Both the position numbers and the translations under genes were made by a program. Under the pieces are notes generated by a model. It was given only the letters and a program-made list of their open reading frames with translations. It was not told the DNA's origin and did no database searches. Shown piece after piece: positions 1-9,424 of a stretch of 57,297 bases of DNA; the first letter of the stretch is position 1, and each line of letters begins with the position of its first letter. The DNA is from an uncultured Clostridia bacterium. GTDB taxonomy: Bacteria > Bacillota > Clostridia > TANB77 > CAG-508. The stretch spans positions 1-57,297 of the forward strand of contig CANQDX010000005.1 of assembly GCA_947594065.1 (NCBI GenBank), written 5' to 3'.

Positions 1-467
1 AATAATCTTTTTATATATGATTTTTTCTTATTAAGTTTAGTAAAACCTATTAAAGATATTATTAGTCCAAATATAGAATAAATTGAGCCCCAACTACTTT
101 CTGAAGGAAATATAGTAAATGCAGTAAAAGTAAGTCCAATTCCAAAGAACATTAGGATTTCTGCAATTATTTTATTTTTCTCATACACTTTTTTATTTGT
201 GTAATCTATTGTACTAATAATATTTTCTTCTAATTTTTCTTGATAATGTTCTTTATCTACCTTTTCTCCACTAATTAAATCATTTAATGTTATACCTAAT
301 TCTTCACTTAATGGTTTAAGCAAAGAAATATCTGGCATATAATTTCCATTTTCCCATCTTGAAATTGTTTTTGACGTTACTCCAAGCTTTTCTGCTAAGC
401 TCTCTTGTGTTAATTTTTTTTCTTTTCTTTTTTCTGCGATAAATTTTCCGATTTTAACAATATCCAT
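1..467 (-). CDS. XRE-family helix-turn-helix regulator with C-terminal membrane segments (runs off the window edge)
   Basis: Not in the ORF track. Own translation from ATG at 467 after an AAGGAG RBS: MDIVKIGKFIAEKRKEKKLTQESLAEKLGVTSKTISRWENGNYMPDISLL..., a typical HTH_XRE pattern followed by hydrophobic stretches. Confidence 0.9.
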   Translation of the reverse strand, partial: MDIVKIGKFIAEKRKEKKLTQESLAEKLGVTSKTISRWENGNYMPDISLLKPLSEELGITLNDLISGEKVDKEHYQEKLEENIISTIDYTNKKVYEKNKIIAEILMFFGIGLTFTAFTIFPSESSWGSIYSIFGLIISLIGFTKLNKKKSYIKRL

Positions 468-629
468 ATTTTTTCTCCTTTCTCTTTAAGAGTAACAATA
501 AAGTATAAAAATTAACACCCCACAAATAGCGAATTACAATTTTTTTGATTAAAGTATAGCAAAAAAGCAAGTGATTGTAAACACATTCACTTACTCTGTC
601 AATTTATTTTATGAATTACTTATTGTAGA

Positions 630-1175
630 TTATCTTTCAAATTTAACATTTACATTATCATTCCCTAAATCAGGTAAATTATCAATATGACCTATTTTAG
701 TATAACTATATTTTGTATCAAATGATTTATAGAAAATAACTAAACAATCATCACCATAAAGCATTATATCTCCACTTTCAATATGTTTAGGATTTGTTGA
801 ATTTGTAGGTAATGAATTATCCATATAAATATATTTTTCATTTCCATTTAGTTCTTTCATACTAAATTCTTGTGGTAATAGACTTATAAATTTTTTTGCA
901 GTTTCATTATTTTCAATTGTTGCATTATATTTTTTGCTATTTATAATTACATTAATATTTGTAACATTTTCCATAATATAATTTTCCTCACTTTTATTAT
1001 TATCTTTTTCATAATTTGTAGTGTCAACAGGATCTGAACTAATATTTTCAACATTGAATTTAAAGTTTCCTCTGTCTGTAACACTTTTTTCGATTATTTT
1101 ATACGCTATAGCTACTCCAATAACTATAAATAGTATAATTAAAAATGCAATAATTATTTTTTTATTATTGTTCAT
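630..1175 (-). CDS. Membrane-anchored cyclophilin-like fold protein
   Basis: N-terminal TM helix. The C-terminal LPQEFSMKELNGNEKY...GDIMLYGDDCLVIFYKSF...YTKIG pattern matches the cyclophilin-like family. Confidence 0.75.
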   Translation of the reverse strand: MNNNKKIIIAFLIILFIVIGVAIAYKIIEKSVTDRGNFKFNVENISSDPVDTTNYEKDNNKSEENYIMENVTNINVIINSKKYNATIENNETAKKFISLLPQEFSMKELNGNEKYIYMDNSLPTNSTNPKHIESGDIMLYGDDCLVIFYKSFDTKYSYTKIGHIDNLPDLGNDNVNVKFER

Positions 1176-1277
1176 ATTACCACCAGTTTCTCTTTCATTC
1201 TAATAACTTCATTATAGCAACAACTTACTATTTATCTAACTCATATAAATTGTAAGTTGTCTGATTAAATATTTAAA

Positions 1278-1652
1278 TTCGCTCCCGGTGATTTATTAAA
1301 ATTTTCATCGCAACGCCCCAACTGCATAATAGTCTGTAGCGCAGAAACTTCACGAGAGTTCGTTTCTGCTAACAGCCTATAATTTGTCGGTCCCCACCCA
1401 TAACTTGCTCGAAAATTTTAATGGAAATCACCTCGCGCTACCCTACTAAAATAAGTAAATACACAGACAAGTTTTCAATGATTATTTTTTGATTGAGCGA
1501 CGCTTGTAGTGGAGCGAGGCTAGAAATTGTTCAGTTTCAAAATGAGGGATGTTCAAAAGCGTTTGAAAGAGGCTCATTTTGAAAAATTACAATTTCTTGC
1601 CGAGTGTAATGAACAGGAGCGAAGAAAAAAATAATCATTGAAAGTACTTGTC
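1278..1652. repeat. Intergenic palindromic repeat, copy 1 (module A 1278-1441, module B 1466-1652)
   Basis: Module A is near-identical to 30408-30573. Both modules fold into long imperfect hairpins. Confidence 0.85.
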
Positions 1653-1753
1653 ATTATTTTAAAATATTGAACGACAATTTACTAATTGTTGTTATAATTA
1701 TATAATAAAAGACAGATAACTTCAACTAATTATCTGCCTTATATTTTAACTTT

Positions 1754-2560
1754 TTAATTTTCTTTATTTAATAATATATTGTTATACAATTGTTTTGCAT
1801 TTTCTATAATTTGATTTTCTGTTTGGAACAATCCAGTATAAGGAAAAAATATAAAATCATCTTTTTTTAAACAAACATCATACAAAGGCATAACATATTG
1901 TCCTTCTTTCTGCTGCCATAGATAAACAATCCTTCCGTTGTCGTTATTCCATTTTTCCGCATAATTTAAAAATTCTAATATAAGTTTTGTTTTTTCTAAC
2001 AATTCCTCATAAGAATCAATTTCAATATATACTTTAAATTCTAATAAACCATCATCTTTTTGATTTTCGATTACTTTAAATTCATTCTTTTTTGGGTTTT
2101 CCCAACTTTTAAATAAATATTTAGTCAATTGCTCTTTTAAATCGTTCTTTTCCTGTCCAAAATGCTTAATTGCCTTAAATGTTATCTGTGGATATTTTTT
2201 TATTTGAAAGTAATATTCTCCACTATATTCTTTTCTATTTACATCTGCAGATATTTGTTTTATTTTAATATGTTGGCTTTTTTCTATTGATTCTTTTACA
2301 TTAATATTGTGTGAACTTATTATTCCATCAAAATATGCAAGAGCAATTGTAATTATAAAAAACATTATGATAATTATAGCTATTATTAAAATTGGTCTTA
2401 ATATTTTTTTGGAAAATTTCTTAACTGTTTTATTTATTGTTTTTGTAATTTTTTTCTGTAATTCTTCTGCGTAATTAAGACCTCTATATTCTTCTATTTT
2501 TTTTGCTTCTACATCTTTTACACTTTTTTCTACTTCTTCCCAATCTTCTTTATTTCCCAT
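1754..2560 (-). CDS. Hypothetical single-pass membrane protein
   Basis: ORF with one TM helix (ILIIAIIIIMFFIITIALAYF). Start moved to ATG 2560, which follows an AGGAG RBS. Confidence 0.7.
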   Translation of the reverse strand: MGNKEDWEEVEKSVKDVEAKKIEEYRGLNYAEELQKKITKTINKTVKKFSKKILRPILIIAIIIIMFFIITIALAYFDGIISSHNINVKESIEKSQHIKIKQISADVNRKEYSGEYYFQIKKYPQITFKAIKHFGQEKNDLKEQLTKYLFKSWENPKKNEFKVIENQKDDGLLEFKVYIEIDSYEELLEKTKLILEFLNYAEKWNNDNGRIVYLWQQKEGQYVMPLYDVCLKKDDFIFFPYTGLFQTENQIIENAKQLYNNILLNKEN

Positions 2561-2754
2561 TTTTATTTCTCCTACATAATTATTAATTTTGTTATAATAA
2601 ACGTTCTTTACTATGGGCATATATAAAAGTATATTATATTTATGCTATTTATTTCAAGAGAAAATTGTGAATAATAATGGATTATTAGAACAAAAGAGCA
2701 CACTTTCGTGTGCCTTTTTGATGGTGCCCTAAAGGATGGAGTACATCAACTTTT

Positions 2755-3150
2755 TTATAATTCATAAATTTTTATTTCACAATTTTTAAGACCTCTATTC
2801 AAAAATTTACCGTCTTTAATTCCTTCAAAATAAGCACTAAATGCTTTAGATACTCCGCTATGAGCAACTATAAGTACATTTTTATATTCTTTTTCTTTTA
2901 ATTCATCTAAAAAATCCCACACTCTTTCGAAAAAAAACTTTATATTTTCTGATTCTTTCTTTAATTCTGTCATCAAATATTATTTTTGTATTATTGGAAT
3001 TTATTATATTTGCAGTATGTTTAGCTCTAATTAATGGTGAAGCTATTATAATGTCAAACTTTATAATTTTTATTTTTTCTCGTAATTCTTCTGCCTGCTT
3101 AATTCCCAAACTATTTAAATCTTCATCATTTGCATTATATTGTTTTTCTC
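2755..3150 (-). pseudogene. Histidine phosphatase (phosphoglycerate mutase-like) remnant
   Basis: Two frames carry DLNSLGIKQA, IIASPLIRAKHTA and VLIVAHSGV. The N-terminal RHG motif is missing and there is a frame break with an apparent internal deletion near 2950. Confidence 0.8.
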
Positions 3151-3422
3151 AATATGCAAGTATGTTTTCTAATTTAACAAATTTTAATTTAAATCTATAA
3201 ATATTATATCAAAAAACTAAATATTTTAAAACTCGAACTAATCAAATTAATTGAAAAGTCCGAGTTTAGTATAAATCTGGTCGGAGTGTTCTTATAGGAA
3301 TTTTCACGAAATGTTAAAAATCAATAATTACAAAGCATATAAAAAAGAATATTTACGTTAAATATAATAAAAAATATTATAAAAGAATAGGGACCCATTT
3401 TAGGTCCCCTTCTTGTACAGCT

Positions 3423-3896
3423 TTAGTCCATATCTTCGCTTTCAAGAATAGTTGAAAAGTCAATATTTCCATCATCAGTCATAAGTACAACTGCTCTACG
3501 ACGATTTGAAAAGAAACGATGTTTAACATTTTCTCCTACGAACATCCCCTTTAATGAGTCTTTGTAGAAGAATTCTTCTTGAAAGTTTTCTATCATTTCT
3601 TTCATTTTGTCATTGAACATTTTGATTATTTTCTCGCGTTCTTCATTACATAACACGATATAAATAATTCTTGTATCATTGCCTTCACTGAAATGATATC
3701 TCGTATAGGAATCTTGTTGAGAACATCCAACATATTTAAAAGGAGGATGTGCAATAAGACTACCTGATTCACGAGGAAGCAACGTTGGATGAGTTCTATT
3801 AAGATACTCTTTTGCTTCAGTTATCTGTGGACTGTCTTTCCGAACCTTTTTACTTGAAATTACGTTAGGACCCTTTTTCTTGAAAAATAGAAACAT
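3423..3896 (-). CDS. Hypothetical protein (orphan-like)
   Basis: 157-aa ORF with an AAAGGAG RBS and a downstream hairpin near 3385-3412. No recognisable motif. Confidence 0.6.
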   Translation of the reverse strand: MFLFFKKKGPNVISSKKVRKDSPQITEAKEYLNRTHPTLLPRESGSLIAHPPFKYVGCSQQDSYTRYHFSEGNDTRIIYIVLCNEEREKIIKMFNDKMKEMIENFQEEFFYKDSLKGMFVGENVKHRFFSNRRRAVVLMTDDGNIDFSTILESEDMD

Positions 3897-4252
3897 AAGA
3901 ATTCTCCTTTACTGTTTATTTTGCTGTACTAGCAACATAATGCTAAAAATATTATAGCATATTTTATGTGAATATACAAGCCTAATAATTTGATTTGCAT
4001 AATATATAATGGGATTGAAACAGTTATTTATTTTGAATACTTAAAAAACTGTGCAAATAAGGATGTGATGTAGCGAAACGACAACTACGCTCCCTAAATG
4101 TAATACGGGAGTAACTTTATATAAAAAAATTTGTATAATGTAGATATATCAAGAAATATAGTCAAAAGTATATATGAAAAATATTTAAACTAAGTTATTA
4201 GAAAAATAAAAAGTGTTCTTATAGACATTAAATTCTATAAGAACACTCAGGC

Positions 4253-4329
<77 letters not shown>

Positions 4330-4337
4330 ATACTTAT

Positions 4338-4435
4338 ATTATACATACTTTTACATTTAAAAGCAACAATTTTTAAAAAACATCTTGCAAATTTTTTGAA
4401 AATATGCTATATTATATAAGTATTTATTATAGAGG
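4338..4435 (+). repeat. 98-bp direct repeat, copy 1 (putative target-site duplication)
   Basis: Identical by eye to 4783-4880 (attatacatac...ttattatagagg). Confidence 0.93.
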
Positions 4436-4782
4436 CGGAACTTAAACACTTTTGAATTATATAAACTCTTAAAAGTATTGATATACTTTTATTTTTTTGT
4501 CAAATTTTCTTTTTAAAAAATACGTACACTTTACGTACATATTTCAATAATTTATCATTTTTATTACATTTTATATATAATTATTGACTATTTTTTTATA
4601 TTGATATATTTTACAAAAAAGTTATAAATTTTTTTGTAACTTATTGCATATCAATAAGTATAGCATTTTTTATAGAAAATTATAAATAATGTACGCAATT
4701 TTAATTTTGTTCATTAAATCCCCAATTCCTTATTTTTAAAGGCATAGGGGATTTTTGCTCTTTCAAAAGTGTTTAAGTTGAG
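4436..4782. mobile_element. Non-autonomous MITE-like element, 347 bp
   Basis: Perfect 18-bp inverted repeat AACTTAAACACTTTTGAA (4439-4456) / TTCAAAAGTGTTTAAGTT (4762-4779), each 3 bp inside an end. Flanked by 98-bp direct repeats; no ORF. Confidence 0.8.
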
Positions 4783-4880
4783 ATTATACATACTTTTACA
4801 TTTAAAAGCAACAATTTTTAAAAAACATCTTGCAAATTTTTTGAAAATATGCTATATTATATAAGTATTTATTATAGAGG
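4783..4880 (+). repeat. 98-bp direct repeat, copy 2 (contains the tRNA promoters and first 5 nt of tRNA-Pro)
   Basis: Same sequence as 4338-4435. Contains TTGCAA-17-TATATT on + and TTGCTT...TATAAT on -. Confidence 0.93.
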
Positions 4881-4951
4881 TGTAGCGCAGTTGGTAGCGC
4901 ACGTGGTTTGGGACCATGGGGTCGCAGGTTCGAACCCTGTCACCTCTACCA
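4876..4951 (+). tRNA. tRNA-Pro(TGG)
   Basis: AGAGGTG...CACCTCT-A-CCA acceptor stem; anticodon arm CGTGG-TT-TGG-GA-CCATG. Confidence 0.97.
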
Positions 4952-4983
4952 AAAAAACAAGACTTTTAAAGTCTTGTTTTTTT
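4952..4983. terminator. Bidirectional intrinsic terminator between tRNA-Pro and apt
   Basis: AAAAAACAAGACTTT-T-AAAGTCTTGTTTTTT palindrome between convergent genes. Confidence 0.8.
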
Positions 4984-5521
4984 ATTCTTCCTGAATCTCT
5001 ATTAAATCAAAAACATCATCTTCATTTAATTCCTTGATGTTAATTACTACGCCTGTTCCTACTACTTTTCCACCCAATTTTTCTATTTCTTGTCTAATTG
5101 CTCTTGCGGTATTTCCCGTTGCATAAATATCATCAATAATATAAAAATTTTTATTAGCATAATTTTCATTATGGATTAATTTAGGAAGCTCTAAACTATC
5201 TTTTCCATATTCTTTTTCATACTCGAACTTGGATTCTACCGTAGTTGGAGGCATTTTTCCTTTTTTTCTAACAGGAATAAATCCCACATTTAATCTACTT
5301 GCAATAGGGCATCCAAATAAAAATCCCCTTGCCTCTGGCGAAATAATATAATCTATCTTTTTATTTTTTAATTCTAGAGTAAATTGTTCTATAATTTCAT
5401 TATAAACTTCTTTTTGTATTAATAATGGATGAATATCAATAAATTCTATTCCCTGTACTGGAAAGTTTTTTTCTGTTCTTATATTTAATTCAGATTTTAA
5501 TTTATTTTTTAATATTTTCAT
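4982..5521 (-). CDS. apt: Adenine phosphoribosyltransferase
   Basis: FPVQGIEFIDI, PEARGFLFG, VRKKGKMP, YEKEYG and PRPP-binding IIDDIYATGNT motifs. Confidence 0.93.
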   Translation of the reverse strand: MKILKNKLKSELNIRTEKNFPVQGIEFIDIHPLLIQKEVYNEIIEQFTLELKNKKIDYIISPEARGFLFGCPIASRLNVGFIPVRKKGKMPPTTVESKFEYEKEYGKDSLELPKLIHNENYANKNFYIIDDIYATGNTARAIRQEIEKLGGKVVGTGVVINIKELNEDDVFDLIEIQEE

Positions 5522-5627
5522 TTTATCATCTCCTATAAAATTATATCTTTTTTAGACAAACTTGTAAATATGTTTTTCTGTAATCTCTTATGATTTTATG
5601 CATATAGTTACAATAGGAGGTGATATT

Positions 5628-6431
5628 ATGATTCATTTTTCTAAGATGCACGGACTTGGAAACGATTACGTTTTTGTGGATTGCACAAATCATAAAAACA
5701 ATATTCCAAATCCTTCTTCTCTTTCTAAAATTATTAGCAATAGGAATTTCGGAATTGGTTCTGATGGACTTATTTTAATAGAAGATAGCAAAATTGCAGA
5801 TTTTAAAATGAGAATTTTTAATAGTGATGGTTCTGAAGCAGAAATGTGTGGAAATGGTATTCGTTGTGTTGGAAAATATGTATATGACAACCATTTAACA
5901 GAAAAAACTTCTTTGGAAATAGAAACATTAGCTGGCATTAAAAAAATAAACTTGAAAATCAAGAATCGCAAAGTATTTTCTATTTCTGTTTGCTTAGGCA
6001 ACTATACAATATTAGATGAATTTACATTATCTGTTCTAGACGTAACATTTACTATTTGCCCAGTGTTAGTTGGTAATCCTCACGCCATTATTTTTGTAAA
6101 GGATTTAGCAGATTATCCAATTGAAAAATATGCTCCATTTATTGAAAATCATAAGTTCTTTCCAAATAAAACAAATGTAGAATTTGTTCATATTGTTAAT
6201 TCTAATCATATTAAAGTAAAGGTTTGGGAAAGAGGCTCTGGATTAACTTTGGCTTGTGGTACTGGTGCTTGTGCATCAACTGTTGTTGCTTTTTCAAAAA
6301 AATTAATCTACAAAAATCCAACTGTAGAACTACCTGGTGGCTTTTTACAAACTTATATTGATGAAAAAACAAATAGCATTTATCTATCTGGACCTGCAAC
6401 AACAGTCTTTAATGGAACATATTATAATTAA
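5628..6431 (+). CDS. dapF: Diaminopimelate epimerase
   Basis: FSKMHGLGND, EMCGNGIRC, GNPH and WERGSGLTLACGTG motifs; AGGAGG RBS before ATG 5628. Confidence 0.96.
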   Translation: MIHFSKMHGLGNDYVFVDCTNHKNNIPNPSSLSKIISNRNFGIGSDGLILIEDSKIADFKMRIFNSDGSEAEMCGNGIRCVGKYVYDNHLTEKTSLEIETLAGIKKINLKIKNRKVFSISVCLGNYTILDEFTLSVLDVTFTICPVLVGNPHAIIFVKDLADYPIEKYAPFIENHKFFPNKTNVEFVHIVNSNHIKVKVWERGSGLTLACGTGACASTVVAFSKKLIYKNPTVELPGGFLQTYIDEKTNSIYLSGPATTVFNGTYYN

Positions 6432-6449
6432 TGAAAGGATAAATATTAA

Positions 6450-7725
6450 ATGGAAATTTTAAAATTAAATTCTACTGGACCTTTGGTAGAGTTATTACAA
6501 AGCACATTAAAAAAACTAGGATTTTTTTCTGGTACAATTGACGTAAATTTCGGAATTCAAACTCAAAATGCAGTTAGAACATTCCAGTCTAATTGGGGAC
6601 TTGTTCCAGATGGCATTGTTGGAACAAGCACTTGGAATGCCTTAGCACCATATATAAGAGGATATAATGTATCCTCAATTAGAACAGGTGACACTCTTTT
6701 CTCTTTAGCAAATAAATTTAATACCACTATTAATAGAATCATTGCCGCAAATCCTAGTATTAATCCAAATAATTTAAGTATAGGTCAAAGAATTATTATA
6801 CCTTTTGGAGAATTTGTTCCTACTAACATTAGTTATACTTACTCTATTTTACAAATGAATCTTGCTTCTATTCAAAACATTTTTCCATTTGTTGAAATTG
6901 GCTCTATTGGGGAATCTGTTCTTGGAAACAATATTCCTTATATAAAGATAGGAAATGGCTCAAAACAAATTTTTTACAACGCATCCTTCCACGCAAATGA
7001 ATGGATTCGGAACTCCTGTTTTAATGAAATTCGTTGAGCAGTATTTACTTGCCTATGTAAATAATACAAGTATATATGGTTACAACGCACGAAGTTTATT
7101 TAATTCTGTAAGTTTATATATTGTGCCAATGGTAAATCCAGATGGTGTTAATTTAGTAACAGGAGAATATAAAGTTGGTTCTTCTATTTATTCTAGAGCT
7201 CAAGAAATTGCAAATAACTATCCGGCAATTCCATTCCCTTCAGGATGGAAAGCAAATATTAATGGTGTGGATTTAAATTTGCAATTTCCTGCTGGATGGG
7301 AACAAGCACGAGAAATAAAATATTCTCAAGGTTTTACTTCACCCGCTCCACGTGATTTTGTTGGAAGTGGTCCTCTTGTTGCGCCAGAGGCTATAGCTGT
7401 TTACAATTTCACATTATCTCATAATTTTGAATTAATTATTGCTTACCATACACAAGGAAGAGAAATTTATTGGCAATTTCAAAATTATGCAACTTCAAGG
7501 GCACAAGCAATTGGAGAGCAATTTTCAAGTGTAAGCGGCTATTCACTTGCTGATGTACCTTACAATTCAAGTTTCGCTGGCTACAAAGATTGGTTCTTAC
7601 AACAATATAGAAGACCTGGATATACAATAGAAGCAGGAATTGGGCAAAATCCGCTTCCTATTTCACAATTTAATCAAATTTATTCTGATAACTTAGGAAT
7701 TTTAGTTTTGGGAATGGTATTATAG
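6450..7725 (+). CDS. Gamma-D-glutamyl-meso-diaminopimelate peptidase (PG-binding + LysM + M14), split by a +1 frameshift at 7008
   Basis: The first ORF has PG_binding_1, LysM and the HANEW zinc motif. The second continues TPVLMKF...NPDG...GVDLN...AYHTQG...YTIEAG. The joined product is 424 aa. Confidence 0.88.
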
Positions 7726-7780
7726 TTATTTAAAACTTTTTGCATATAAATTTTAATTATTATTTTTTTATATATTCTAA

Positions 7781-8491
7781 TTAATATTTTTGATATTTTC
7801 CATTTTGATAAATAAACTTGTCCCCTTTTTTAGCTGTGTTATATAAATCTTCTGGAAATTCTATTTCTTCTATTCCTTCTATTCTTCCTTCTTTATTATT
7901 TAAATCATATAACCAAATTCTTCCTGAATATTTCTCTTCTACTTCATAAATATGCCCTTCTCTTCTTTTGCTGTTTAAATATTGATTTTGCTCTTTTATT
8001 TTTTCTTTAATCATATTGTTTATTTGATTTTTAATAAATTCAGTATCTTCTTTTTCTAAAATAAATTTCTCTCCTTGTTTTCTTAAAACACTTCCTAAGT
8101 TTGCACCTTTAGGCAATTCATTTATTTCACTTGTAATAACTTTATGGCTTTTGCCTGTTTCACAAATACATATATTATATGTATTTTCCTTATTGGTACA
8201 TCTATCATATATGTAATACATTTCTCCTTTATCTTTAGTTTTTGAAGCATAATTCTGTAAAATATTTGCTCTTTCCAGTAACATTTCATCCTTATATTTT
8301 GAAATAATTTTTTGATTTCCTATTTCTAAATTATCTGCAAGTAAATTATTCCATATATTATCTTTTTCAGAAATGTCGGAATTAGTTATTAATTTTTTTT
8401 CTAAATAATTAGATAATTCATTTATAAAATTTTGCACAAATTTATTCTCCTTTAAATTATTAAATAAATCATTTGCTAAATCCAAATTCAA
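7781..8491 (-). CDS. Hypothetical protein
   Basis: 236-aa ORF with a TTG start after an AAAGGAGTG RBS. Confidence 0.75.
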   Translation of the reverse strand: MNLDLANDLFNNLKENKFVQNFINELSNYLEKKLITNSDISEKDNIWNNLLADNLEIGNQKIISKYKDEMLLERANILQNYASKTKDKGEMYYIYDRCTNKENTYNICICETGKSHKVITSEINELPKGANLGSVLRKQGEKFILEKEDTEFIKNQINNMIKEKIKEQNQYLNSKRREGHIYEVEEKYSGRIWLYDLNNKEGRIEGIEEIEFPEDLYNTAKKGDKFIYQNGKYQKY

Positions 8492-8627
8492 TATATAATC
8501 ACTCCTTTATTTTTTTAATTTTTTTGGGAAATATATACTATTGATTGAATAGTATTAAGAATAAAACTAAGTGTGATTATATATTATTTTTTATGAAATT
8601 ACAATAGTTATATTGTAATTTTAATTA

Positions 8628-9356
8628 TCATTCTGCATAACTTTCTCCTGAAGCATAATCAATAACTATTCCTGGCTGAACATTATAACAATAAATATTA
8701 AAATGAACTCCATTGCCTTTATCTTCAACCGACCAAGCTTCCATCTCTACTCCACTTGCCAAAAGATTATTACCTTCAAAAATAGGTGTTACTCTATATA
8801 AAATATGATTGTTTTTGTTTTCACTTAAATATTGGGCTACTTTATTTTCAAAAGGTAACATTCCCTCTGTATTTAAATACCTTGTCCCAGTTATCAAATT
8901 GTTTTTATTTGCATTTTCTCCTGCAAGTTGCCATCCAATTAGATGACAACGATTATATAAATATTTATCTTTTATTAAGTCATCATATCTTTTTTGTACC
9001 CATCCTGTTGGCTTAATTGTGCCAATTTCGCCTCTTTCATCATCTTTTGGAGGCATAATTTCTTTGCAAATATTAGCATAAGCTATTCCGCTTCTTCCTA
9101 AAATATCTAATTCACTGTATTTTTCAAAAGGTTCAGTAGTATAATCATCTTCTGTAAAATATGGAATATTATTGTTAATTTCAATATAAGGATTACCAGA
9201 ATATTCTGGAATACTAGATAAATCGATTATTGCCTCTGTATTACTTACTTTTGTTTCTATATCTCGATTGAAATATCCATAAACAGAAATACAAATGAGT
9301 AGTGCTATCATAAAGATAAATTCCCAAATATTTAACTTTTTATTTCTTCTTCTCAT
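8628..9356 (-). CDS. Membrane-anchored DNA/RNA non-specific endonuclease (EndA/DNA-entry nuclease-like)
   Basis: YSELDILGR, YNRCHLIG, NLITGTRYLN and YRVTPIF motifs; N-terminal TM helix. Confidence 0.9.
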   Translation of the reverse strand: MRRRNKKLNIWEFIFMIALLICISVYGYFNRDIETKVSNTEAIIDLSSIPEYSGNPYIEINNNIPYFTEDDYTTEPFEKYSELDILGRSGIAYANICKEIMPPKDDERGEIGTIKPTGWVQKRYDDLIKDKYLYNRCHLIGWQLAGENANKNNLITGTRYLNTEGMLPFENKVAQYLSENKNNHILYRVTPIFEGNNLLASGVEMEAWSVEDKGNGVHFNIYCYNVQPGIVIDYASGESYAE

Positions 9357-9424
9357 AAAAATACTCCTTCGTTTTTCTATTTAATATCATAATATAAAAA
9401 TTGTTTCAAGTTTTTAAAATAAAA

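Noticed and set aside
2903..3109. Histidine phosphatase frame break as a third programmed frameshift
   Set aside because: No CGG at the junction; the N-terminus and an internal segment are missing, so this is ordinary decay.
4060..4115. Two small hairpins downstream of tRNA-Arg as a riboswitch
   Set aside because: No recognisable aptamer consensus and no suitably placed downstream gene.
4338..4880. CRISPR array or prophage att pair
   Set aside because: Only two long repeats, no spacers, cas genes or integrase; the terminal inverted repeats fit a MITE better.
4849..5037. ORFs overlapping tRNA genes (4849-5037 and 28366-28587)
   Set aside because: Explained by the tRNA-Pro and tRNA-Ser sequences.
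7781..8491. Paralogy with the 47504-48262 protein (similar first residues)
   Set aside because: Similarity is limited to a few N-terminal residues in Asn/Lys-rich sequence.
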